A DNA stretch of 64,000 nt from a virus. The DNA lies in the IMG/VR virus record IMGVR_UViG_3300030102_007788, positions 106,407 through 170,406 of that record, one strand, 5' to 3'. The position numbers were made by a program, and so were the translations under genes. Below, piece by piece: positions 35,901 through 45,500 of the stretch (its first letter is position 1; each line of letters opens with the position of its first letter). Below the pieces are notes generated by a model, which had not been told where the DNA came from, did not search any database, and saw only the letters and a list, made by a program, of their open reading frames with translations.

Positions 35901-38900
35901 CCAATGCTGTAGAGAAAATGCGTATCGAGAACGGTGGAGACGTTGGTATAGGTACAGCTTCCGCAGTGAGCCTACTTCACATTTACTCATCTGCTCCTGA
36001 GTTTACAATTCAAGACGGAGGATCATGGGGTACTAACGCAACTGGGTACATAAGCCTAAAAGATAATTCGTCTAGCATGGCTCAAATTGGCGTTACTGGT
36101 ACAGCTGGTCACTTAGATATAAAACAATTAAAAGCAGGAAGCCTCCGCTTATATACAAATAACTTAGAAAGATTTACAATTTTGTCAAGCGGCAGTGTTG
36201 GTATAGGTACAACAAGTCCTAGCGTAAAACTTCATGTGGTAGGTAGTGGAACCGACGATGGCATTAAGGTGCATTCGGGAACCAATGTTTATCTAGAACT
36301 GGACTCAACGGATTCATCTACAACGAGAGAAGTTGCAGCAAAATACAAGAACTACAGCACGGGGACTAATTTCTGGTGGACAGGTTTAAATCAGGCATCG
36401 CGTTATGATTTTGCGTATGGAACTACTTTTATAAATGCCAATATAAAGTTAAGCATTCTAACTGACGGTAATGTTGGCATAGGAACAGTAACTCCCAACT
36501 TTGCTGCTGCGGCTGGAAATACTGTTAAAGGATTAAACATACAAAATGTTGGGCAAGATACCCAAGCGAGTCTTCGCTTAACGGGACATAATGCAACTGG
36601 AAATCCGGGAGTAGCAACTTATACAGAATTACTTCATGCTGGAGCTAACCTAAGATTTGATATAAATCATAATGGAACAGTTCGGTTTTCTATTGGTTCT
36701 GGCGGAGCTATTACATTCAACAGCGCATTTACCTTTCCAACTGCAATAGGAAGTGCAGGACAAGTCCTTAAAGTTCCTAGTAGCGGAACTGTTTTGGAGT
36801 GGAGCACGGAGACAGGCCCCGTATCGGGAACCGGAACTACTAACACTATACCGAGGTGGACGGGTACTGCTTCTCTTGGTGATTCAATTATCACAGTTCC
36901 AAGTAATACTTCAGTTCAAATGGCGGGGGAATTAACGCTAAACTATACCTCCCCTATTTTAAATATTGGGAAATTAAATACCTCAACAGGAAACGCTAAA
37001 CTTCGATTTAATAGCAAGAACGGAACGGCATCAAACGCCTTCGATATACAGTTTGTAAAAAGTGCCACTGAAGACAGGTTGGACTTTTTAGCCGGTGGCG
37101 CTACGGCAACAGTTAGTTTCCTAAACAGCGGTCAAGTTGGTATAGGAACAACTGCTCCGGATTATCTTCTTCATGTTCAAGGTGCTGGCCCTGATCTTCT
37201 CAAACTTAAGAGTACAACCTCTGGTAGTGGCGGTGCACCCAAGATTCATTTTGAACATTCCAGCGGCGGAACCCAAACGGCTGATATAGTATTTGATCAG
37301 TCGGGGCAAAACAAGTTGAAGTTTACTACTTATTACCAGTCAGCCACAGATGGAAATTTAATACAATTTGCCCCAGCAGACACTGTAGCCATGACAATTC
37401 GTGGTGGAACAGGCTCGTCTGATGGTTTTGTTGGCATAGGAACGGATGCGCCAGTACAGCAACTCCATGTCCTTGGAGATGCGATGAGATTTGAGCGAGC
37501 CAATAATGCAGTAGCTTTACAACTATATAATAATAACGCTTCTCCCGCTGATGATGCACCATTGGGATACCTCCAGTTCATGGGGAAAGACAACGATGGT
37601 ACAGCTAGTATAGTTCACGCTGAAGTGCGAGGGGGAGTTCAGTCTAATACCAATAGTGCGGTTAGTGGGTACTTATCGTTTTTAACAACCAATAACGGAA
37701 CGGCTGTTACTGAAGCGATGCGTATAAAAGCTGACGGCAGTGTTGGAATAGCAACAACCAATCCGGCAGCTAAATTAGATGTTCGCGGGAATATTTTAAG
37801 AAGTGGATTAACCTATAGTAGTTGGACAAGTAGGAGTATTAACACTTTAACTCAAGCTAGCGCTACAATTAACTATATACTTATAGCACCAAAAACTACT
37901 ATCAACGTAAGATTGAGCGGAAGATTTAAATGCGCTAGGAGTAATGGTGTTTCTGCCGTTTCAATCGCTCATGCAGATGTAGTTTTTTGTACTGATAACG
38001 ATGCTAACCCTCAATCTGGAGGAATACATTCTGCTTCTAGTGATATACCAAGTTATGGACATGCTAACTTTGAAATAGTAGAGTTAGAATACAGCTCAAC
38101 AGAATACTACGCTTTAAAGATAAGTCCAAGCGCGTCTTGGACAGCGTCTTTCGGGCAAATTGAATTTGAAGGTATTTCTAATAATGTTACTTGGACAAAT
38201 ATTGATTCTGGTAACGTTAGTAATGTTGGAGCTTTCGTCGGCGGCCAAGCAGTATTCACTTACAACCATGCAAATGTCGGTATAGGAACAAATTCCCCTA
38301 ATGCAAAATTAGACGTTAGAGGGTCACAAGGCTATTTAAAGTTTGATACTAGTGGCTCAGATGGCACAATTAAATCAGATTATAATTTAAAACTATATGC
38401 GGATGATACCGGAAATAACAGTAGTGGTTATCAAAACATTCAGTTTTATACTGATGGAGCTAATGAGCGGATGCGAATTGCTCATGATGGCAACATTGGA
38501 ATAGGAACAACTGATCCTTCTGAAAAGCTTGATGTAGAGGGCTCTTTAGTTGTAAACGTGGCAAATAGTGGCCTTGGCGAGGAAGGTATATTCTTTAGAA
38601 GGGGCTTTAGTGATTCTAATAAATATAATATTTCAATATTGGCCTATGCTCACGATGGTGCTGGAAATTTTTCTGATGGCATTTCTATAAATGGATATGA
38701 TGGCGTGTCGTTCTGTACTGGTGCAAGCACTAGACAAGAAAGAATGCGTATTGTCGGAGGAACGGGTGCAACTAGTGGTTTTGTTGGTATAGGAACAGCT
38801 GGCCCCAGCGCACTTTTACATATAAGAAAAATAGATTTAGTAGATGATTCAAGGAACGCTTTATTACTGCTAGATGGAAAATTTGCTGCGGCTGGCGTTA

Positions 38901-41900
38901 ACTCAGGGGATGAGGTTGGAATTGCATTTAGGGTTGAAAATTCTGGGGGCGGCGCACAGCAAACAACTTGTATAACATCGTCTTATCAACCTAACCGCAA
39001 CAGTTTAAATTTACAACCAAACGGAGGAAATGTTGGAATAGGAACAAATAACGCTGTTTATAATGTTCACGCGCAGACGACTTCAGCCTCTTTCACTCAT
39101 AACATAAAATTAAACAAATCCTCAAATGGCGGGGATTATGCTGAAATTGCATTTCAGTTATGGAGCGGAGCGGGGACTGGCACTAATACATTTGGTGGCT
39201 CAGGGACCTCTAGGCCTAGCGTTGTCTTAAGGGCGCTCAATGAGTCAACAAGCTCAGCTGCAGGAGCGTTAGTTGTAGGAACGTTTACTGGTGGAGCAAC
39301 CAACTCAACTTTAACAGAAAAATTCAGAATAGCATCTGATGGTAATGTTGGTATAGGTACAAATGCTCCAGATTCTTTATTGATGGTTTATAAATCTGGG
39401 GCAGATTCAATAATTCACGTAAGGGGAGCGTCCAATGGCGGAGATGCCAGAGTCAGGATTAATGGATATAATAGTTCAGAACTTTATCTTGACAGGAATG
39501 GACTAGGCCGATTCGCTTTTAGACGAACAACAGGAACGGATGATCTTTCACTTCTTAAATTAAACGATAATTATACAGATAATTCCACAATTATGTTTTG
39601 GGATTATAGCAGCGGCAATGTCGGTATAGGGACAAATAATCCGGGTGCCAGACTGCATGTCCATCTTACTGGTAGCGCGGGAAGTTTTTCTAATATAGGT
39701 TTATTTAGGGCTGGCCCAGACTCTAATTACTCAGGAGCTGAAATTTTTGTAGGTCAACAGGGGAATAGTCGCGGCTTAGTAATTCGTGGAGGTAGAGGTA
39801 CAGGTGATCAAGCTTTAGCACATTTTTATCTTAACCAGTCTGGAGGAACGATCCCTAGCACAACTCAAGATCATGTAATGACGTTCCTCCAAGGGGGAAA
39901 AGTTGGCATAGGGACAACGCAACCCGGAGTAGACTTAGATGTAAACGGTAAATTATCTATTGGATCTACAAATGCCAGCTTTGATTTATATAACAACGGA
40001 ACTACATATTTAAATGGGAACGTAACAGTAGATGCAACTTTGAGCGTAACCGGGGGAGTTGCTGGAGTTAGCGTGATTAATTCCAGCACTACTGATTCTG
40101 CTGCCGCTGACTCTTATTTAAATATTTTCAAAACCGCTGGTTCCGGTGGGGGATCAAGAGCAACCTTAAGAGTTGGTTATGATGCTGCTAGTTGTTTTCA
40201 AGTTTCACGAATAAGAAACAACGCAAACATTTATATAAACTCGCGACAGAGTGGAAGCGAGATGGTCTTTCAGATTGCCGACAATGAACAAATGGCATTA
40301 AGCTCAGGTCAATTAAAGTTCCCAGACAACAAAAAAATTATAATGGGAGCTAGTAATGACCTGCAAATTTATCATGATGGTAATAATTGGATTGATGCGA
40401 ATGGTGCAGGGGATCTATATTTAAGAAATTTAAATTCAAGTGGTGATGTTATTGTACAAGCAGGTGCAAGTGGTGATGTATATATTAAAGTTCATTCTGG
40501 AGAAACTGCTCTTAAAGCTACTAATAATGGCGCAGTAGAACTTTACTATAACAACACCAAGACGTTTCAGACTACAGCTAGCGGGGTAAAATTAACACAA
40601 TCTACTAGTTATTTATTCGGCGGGGATAGTGAAATATTAGCAGGGCAGGATTCTGGTGGTTATTATTTTGCCACCGGTAATGGTCAAAATGTAAACAAGC
40701 CAATTTTCATTGGGGATAATGCTTCTTATATAAAATTCAAGACTTCAGATTCGGAGGTAGTAAGAATAGATGCTAGTGGTAATGTTGGTATAGGCACAAC
40801 AAATCCGGGATCGTACAAACTATTAGTAAGCGGGAATAGTTATCTTGACGGCACTGCTTACGTTGACGATGCATTAACTGTTGACGGTTATATCAATTTT
40901 GAATCAGTAGGTGATTATCTCACGTTTTATGGTAACTCTAATGCCCACCATTCTATTTCCTCTCGTAATTCTTCGGGTAATCCAGATGACGATATAAGAA
41001 TTAACACATACGGGGGGCTTTTCATAAATCTAGATAGTAATGGTAATGACAGTTCAGAATCACATTCAAGTTTCCAAATAGGTAGGCACGCGGGTACGGG
41101 GGCAGTCTCAGCTAGTGACTTATTTTTAAATTTATCAGGTGAAACAGGAAAGTTAAGATTATATAAATACGGCTCAGGAACTCATACAGGAACTGCTGCT
41201 TATAAATTATCTGTAGATTCATCCGGGAATGTTATAGAGACCGCAATCGGGGCCGGAGCAGTAGATGGTTCAGGTACGGCCAATAAGGTGACTAAGTGGA
41301 CCGATGCTGATACCATCGGCAATTCTCAGATAACTGACAACGGAACGTCAGTAGGAATTAATGTCTCTCCAAATACCGCTAATAAGCTGGAAGTAAATGG
41401 CCAACTTAGAGCTACGACTGGAATGTTTGGTAATTCGTCATTGGGTAATACCGCCGTTAAACCAATTCACATTAAGTACGGAGGAACTGCAGAACTTCGG
41501 CTTGAAGATTCTACAAGTTCAAACTATGTCTATGACATTAGTTGTGACTTTACAAATGGATTTAGAATAACAGATGTTACTAGCAGTTTAGTTCCTTTTG
41601 CGATTGAGAAAGCTACCGGTTCTGTTGGTATAGGAACTACAAGTCCAGACTATAAGTTACATGTTGCAGCAAATGGAGGTTCTACTAATGGTATAAAAGT
41701 AATCAATAACAGCGCCAGCACATCCGCTAGAGCAGTAGTTAGTTTGTTCAACAATTCGGGTTCTGCGTCTGGCCTTATTTTGTCTGGCAGCAATTACACA
41801 GGAGTTAGTGGTTGGGCTAATCGGCTTGTGATAAACACTGATTCAGGTATTTCAAATGGAATAATGGTTCGTCCTTCAACAGGAGGATTCAAAGTGTCAG

Positions 41901-42580
41901 CCAGTGGAGTCAATAATAATGATTTATTTGTATCCTCCAACGGTAATGTTGGAATAGGCACCGCAACACCCAGAACTAACCTTCACGTTTACGGCACGGG
42001 GGTAGATAATGGACTAGCTAAGGTTAGAATCGGCGGTAACACCAATAATACAGCTATGCTAGAGTTAGCAGAAACTGAAAACAATTCAGGAGTCATGACT
42101 TATGGATTCTCCATAAGAGCTGATGGTGGAAGCGGTGGAGGTTCTACTAATGATTTTCAAATAAGATACCATGACAATAGTACTTCTGGCGTGACCGGTT
42201 TCCACATGGAGAGGAGTGATGGAAACATTGGTATAGGAACCATTAGTACTGGGTATAAGTTAAGTGTTGGGGGTAACGTTTACATTTCGGGAACTTTAAC
42301 TGAAGCTTCGAGTTTAGCTATAAAAGAAAACGTCGAAACATTTGAGCCGAGTTTAGATATAATAAACAAAATACGTCCAGTAAAATATGATAAGAAAACA
42401 ACCGGTAAAAAAGAAATCGGTTTAATCGCGGAAGAACTCGCAGAACTCTTCCCAGAATTAGTTGAAAAGGATAAAAACGGTAACCCTTCGGGTGTAAATT
42501 ACAGTCGAGCAGTAACCGTGCTGTTGGGAGGATTTAAAGAACTCTATAAAGAAGTTCAAGAATTGAAAAAAAGGATTTAA
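32948..42580 (+). CDS. Giant tail fibre (3210 aa) with C-terminal S74-type intramolecular chaperone
   Basis: More than 20 GNVGIGT-type modules; SS.AIKENV...GLIAEE...PELV...VNYS. Confidence 0.85.
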   Translation: MAITRYAGDRFTTNSSDTKPTGVLDGAYLIDTGNLTQWVRRTVGGSSQWNQLAGGGGGGGTPGGANTQVQFNNAGAFGGNANLTFDGSKLAVNDLALSGIIYDSNNSIGNGGMVLTNEGTTGVNWKSIESVLSGVGGSGVANYVARWSDEDTITTGVLVDDATNVGIGTASPQRLLAIKGDSKHFGAYATDDSLSALLGTDANGDGQLLLADLNGTTKILLEAEADANSYINNGGNFGLGTAAPAAPLDVQSANGSSVGIRVTDGHKMQFLNSSNNTNSNIYNNGASGLAQLAFQIAGATKVTIINDGNVGIGTTAPTGLLSLAKGTRTLDFKLETSPATGDMGVQIRAGSGDYIGLAGGGGTGVGLVVDSANQAGFGTGTFGSNNVLTITNVGNNASYSAIALGTATTGHGNSEGYWIGMLENGQAYLWNYENRHILFGANNAERMRITSVGNLGIGLTVPLNRLQVMPSTSGGNASNASEDAAYFGGNELGGIGGYTGIRLGGFGASGYGTYIRSVKTSAYGGYWNEAITFSVTRTGTSSTVDEAMRITADSNVGIGTTAPATKFHVEDSTANTTATKITVQGGSRGFTLGKAHTADNYQHLKPITDTAMALRVMPNGTTAREAYVEVWNKDFENGANSTSWHRGMFYIDASNDVYLRADGLGTAGRVYIGTENNTQTLTVKDDGNVGIGTTGPDSKLEISGGSYNSSLKIKGSGAETGIQFEDSAGNTDGYIYANGGMVGFLDAGTHWTIQCKDDDYIKFLTNNGTEHMRITSVGNVGIGTDNPTGKLQIGANYTIPGTAYGGNDIYIANTGSHSDYDPYVTNTDDFRALITISDATTEGPTKPGLILYNDSTTAGGFSPMLLFAKRETGSSPYKAATAAIYARSPLGTGNGDGWIDGELIFATAGAATQGIRQRMVINKEGLVGIGTNNPGQNLQIHQADSDVNYLEFTNTTATTGTLVGLNAAEEFILWHRHDSDMVFATNAVEKMRIENGGDVGIGTASAVSLLHIYSSAPEFTIQDGGSWGTNATGYISLKDNSSSMAQIGVTGTAGHLDIKQLKAGSLRLYTNNLERFTILSSGSVGIGTTSPSVKLHVVGSGTDDGIKVHSGTNVYLELDSTDSSTTREVAAKYKNYSTGTNFWWTGLNQASRYDFAYGTTFINANIKLSILTDGNVGIGTVTPNFAAAAGNTVKGLNIQNVGQDTQASLRLTGHNATGNPGVATYTELLHAGANLRFDINHNGTVRFSIGSGGAITFNSAFTFPTAIGSAGQVLKVPSSGTVLEWSTETGPVSGTGTTNTIPRWTGTASLGDSIITVPSNTSVQMAGELTLNYTSPILNIGKLNTSTGNAKLRFNSKNGTASNAFDIQFVKSATEDRLDFLAGGATATVSFLNSGQVGIGTTAPDYLLHVQGAGPDLLKLKSTTSGSGGAPKIHFEHSSGGTQTADIVFDQSGQNKLKFTTYYQSATDGNLIQFAPADTVAMTIRGGTGSSDGFVGIGTDAPVQQLHVLGDAMRFERANNAVALQLYNNNASPADDAPLGYLQFMGKDNDGTASIVHAEVRGGVQSNTNSAVSGYLSFLTTNNGTAVTEAMRIKADGSVGIATTNPAAKLDVRGNILRSGLTYSSWTSRSINTLTQASATINYILIAPKTTINVRLSGRFKCARSNGVSAVSIAHADVVFCTDNDANPQSGGIHSASSDIPSYGHANFEIVELEYSSTEYYALKISPSASWTASFGQIEFEGISNNVTWTNIDSGNVSNVGAFVGGQAVFTYNHANVGIGTNSPNAKLDVRGSQGYLKFDTSGSDGTIKSDYNLKLYADDTGNNSSGYQNIQFYTDGANERMRIAHDGNIGIGTTDPSEKLDVEGSLVVNVANSGLGEEGIFFRRGFSDSNKYNISILAYAHDGAGNFSDGISINGYDGVSFCTGASTRQERMRIVGGTGATSGFVGIGTAGPSALLHIRKIDLVDDSRNALLLLDGKFAAAGVNSGDEVGIAFRVENSGGGAQQTTCITSSYQPNRNSLNLQPNGGNVGIGTNNAVYNVHAQTTSASFTHNIKLNKSSNGGDYAEIAFQLWSGAGTGTNTFGGSGTSRPSVVLRALNESTSSAAGALVVGTFTGGATNSTLTEKFRIASDGNVGIGTNAPDSLLMVYKSGADSIIHVRGASNGGDARVRINGYNSSELYLDRNGLGRFAFRRTTGTDDLSLLKLNDNYTDNSTIMFWDYSSGNVGIGTNNPGARLHVHLTGSAGSFSNIGLFRAGPDSNYSGAEIFVGQQGNSRGLVIRGGRGTGDQALAHFYLNQSGGTIPSTTQDHVMTFLQGGKVGIGTTQPGVDLDVNGKLSIGSTNASFDLYNNGTTYLNGNVTVDATLSVTGGVAGVSVINSSTTDSAAADSYLNIFKTAGSGGGSRATLRVGYDAASCFQVSRIRNNANIYINSRQSGSEMVFQIADNEQMALSSGQLKFPDNKKIIMGASNDLQIYHDGNNWIDANGAGDLYLRNLNSSGDVIVQAGASGDVYIKVHSGETALKATNNGAVELYYNNTKTFQTTASGVKLTQSTSYLFGGDSEILAGQDSGGYYFATGNGQNVNKPIFIGDNASYIKFKTSDSEVVRIDASGNVGIGTTNPGSYKLLVSGNSYLDGTAYVDDALTVDGYINFESVGDYLTFYGNSNAHHSISSRNSSGNPDDDIRINTYGGLFINLDSNGNDSSESHSSFQIGRHAGTGAVSASDLFLNLSGETGKLRLYKYGSGTHTGTAAYKLSVDSSGNVIETAIGAGAVDGSGTANKVTKWTDADTIGNSQITDNGTSVGINVSPNTANKLEVNGQLRATTGMFGNSSLGNTAVKPIHIKYGGTAELRLEDSTSSNYVYDISCDFTNGFRITDVTSSLVPFAIEKATGSVGIGTTSPDYKLHVAANGGSTNGIKVINNSASTSARAVVSLFNNSGSASGLILSGSNYTGVSGWANRLVINTDSGISNGIMVRPSTGGFKVSASGVNNNDLFVSSNGNVGIGTATPRTNLHVYGTGVDNGLAKVRIGGNTNNTAMLELAETENNSGVMTYGFSIRADGGSGGGSTNDFQIRYHDNSTSGVTGFHMERSDGNIGIGTISTGYKLSVGGNVYISGTLTEASSLAIKENVETFEPSLDIINKIRPVKYDKKTTGKKEIGLIAEELAELFPELVEKDKNGNPSGVNYSRAVTVLLGGFKELYKEVQELKKRI

Positions 42581-45500
42581 ATGGCATCATTAGTAAGTAC
42601 AACTGTAAATGGAGATTTAAAAGTAACAGGAAGCAGCAACCTTTTCTTTGAGGGTTCTGCTAGTTCAAACACTTTTGAGCCGGGGACTAGAATCTATGGC
42701 GCGGGGATAACTCTTACTGGCGGCGCTTATACTTCTGTTTTTGAGTATACCGTTCCCGGCGGGTTAGCTGGAAATTTCAGATTTTTTGTTAAAGGAACGA
42801 CTGGTAACGTTGTTGTGCCTACCCAAGTAGATGTTGTATTAAACCATTCTAAGGATATCACTATAAAGTCTCAGACTGGAAACTATACTCCGCTTCATGT
42901 TAAAGTGCTTACAAACAACAATGAGGACTGCTTAGTTCAATTAAAAGCTGATACTTCTGGTAATGCAAACGTTACTGTATACATTGACGTTATAGCTTTC
43001 GGCGATGGGTCTGTTAGTTTTAGCAGCTTCGGAAGCTATACAGGAACTTCCCTAGAACATAAATGTAATTTTGGTTTCTCTTTCAGTACAATTGACAATA
43101 CCAATGCATCTAAATTCGTAATGGATGGCGGAAATGCTGACGGCGGCAGATTAGGTATAGGAACAAATAGCCCCGCTCAACCATTGGATGTTTTGGGTAA
43201 AGTTTCAATTAATTCTGATGGGACATTGAATTGGGGAGCGGCCCGAGACTATGGCAGATTAACTTGGGATACAACTAACTCAAGAGCTATTGTTAGAGGA
43301 GAATCTGGCAAAAATTTATCTTTAGGAGCTAACGGTACGCAAGACTACGTATTTATTAAAACTGACGGTAACGTTGGCATAGGCACCACTGGCCCCGAAG
43401 CACGACTTGATCTTCACGCTGGAAACATGCTAATAGGTGATTCATATTTAGATCATCATAGCAGTAATGATAACTATGGATTACAAATTAAATCTACAGA
43501 TGCTACTCAGGTTGGGTTAGAGTTAAGGTCTAACGGCGGAAGTAACGCTGCTGGAACATGGCACGCGACACTGTATGGAGCGGGCAGTTATTATGGCTTT
43601 CTTGATGCCCCGTGGGGCGCCTGGGATGTCAGAAAAACTGTTAACGGTGCATTGCAGATAGACCAAGGTAGCGGGCTAGAGACTGTATTGACAACTGCTA
43701 CGACTCCTACATGGGCAAATCTGGGGGCAGGCTATCGGACTAATTATACTTTAGGATTTCGAGCTCCATCAAGTGCTTATGCTGGACTTTATTTTGAGGG
43801 GACGAATGGGGGTAGCGCTGGATACTTTTTAATTAGAGGTACAAGTGATACTGGTGTTTATACAGCAGAAGGTATAACTCTAGTTGCTGATCAAGGCTGG
43901 CTGACTTTAGCGCAACGAACTACAAGCTCAAAAGGTGTCCGTATAATGACTGGAAGCAGCACTTCTCGAGATAGGATAACTGTTTCAACTGATGGCGATA
44001 TTGTGTTGGGCGTCCCGACAAATAGTTTAGCCCCAGCAACAACCACAACACTTAAAGGATATTCTGTTCAATATGATTCAGGAGGCGCGGGAGAGCGACT
44101 AAGTAATACCGGATTTTTAACTTGGCACACCGGAGGGAGTTGGACGGGTAACGAAAGAATGTGGGCGCTTACTAACGCTAGCAATATGGCTGGGGGAGGA
44201 GGTCCAAGATTCACGCTTTTAAGAGGAACCGCTAACAACGTTGTCCCGACGCTTGGTAATAATGGAACTCTTGGAACTAATACTGTGATAACATGTTTTT
44301 GGACAAATAATGGAGATTTTCATAACGCCGGCCCTGTTAGTATAGTAACTCAAACACTGCCAAGCTCTAACAAATTTCACGTTTCATCTAACCAAGCGGG
44401 AAGCGCAAGCAAGTCCAGTATTGCAGTAGTGTCTGTAGCTGACAATTCTACGTTTAATAATGGTACTGCCGCACTTCACGTTATCAACAGTGGAAATAGA
44501 GGAACAGCGGGTAATTCAATTGGTTCAGATTTATTACGGCTGGAATTCAGTAATGGCATCCATACTATTTTTAATAAAGACGGGTCAGTTGGTATAGGAA
44601 CAACAAATCCGGGACAAAAACTTGATGTCGTCGGAGCCGGGAACTTTACTGGCAACCTGTACCTTGCTGGAAATAGTGCAAGTCGATTTTATTTTGGGTC
44701 AAAACGTGCATTGGAGGGACAAATTATCAATAACTTTCTGGACGTAGGTGAGGATTTTGGTAGCACTAGAATGAGATCCTCAACGTCTGTCTACCCCACT
44801 AACAGCATAACGCTAGGCACATCGTCAAGCCGATGGTCTACCATCTATGGTGCGGCTGGAAATTTTAGCGGGACAGTTACAGCAACTACATTCTCCGGAA
44901 CTCTTTCTGGTACTGCCGACAAATCAAACATGGTTACTGGTAGCGCATTTGCGACAACAGGATCACCCAGTAGCGTTTTAGAATATCAACAAGCCGCCAG
45001 CATAACTGATACAAAATTAGCTCCTACTTCAGACTGGTATAATACTATCAGAATGGGACATGGCAATCCATATAGTTATTATAGTAATACTATTGCAATG
45101 CAGATGACTGGTACTGGTGCTGGTCAAATTAAAACACAGCGAATTGCTAACAATGTCGCGCAAGGTTGGAGAACAGTTTGGGACTCAGGTAACGATGGTT
45201 CTGGGTCGGGTCTGGACGCAGATAAATTAGATGGTTTAGAATATAATCATTTCGCTTATAGGGCTTCAGGCGGTACTGGATATTATATAGTAAGTAGCTG
45301 GTTGCAGTTTAGTGGAACTTACGGACCTTATTGGAACGCGGGTGTAGGAGCAGGCTGGCACATATATCCTGCGAGCACTGATTCGATGAGATGGCGTGCA
45401 AGTAGCAGTGCCGTTAGGTCAAACTTACGCTTGGATGTAGGCTCTAGTAACTATGGTAACTTATGCGCTTCAACGACCATGGGGTATGGTTTGAGAAAAG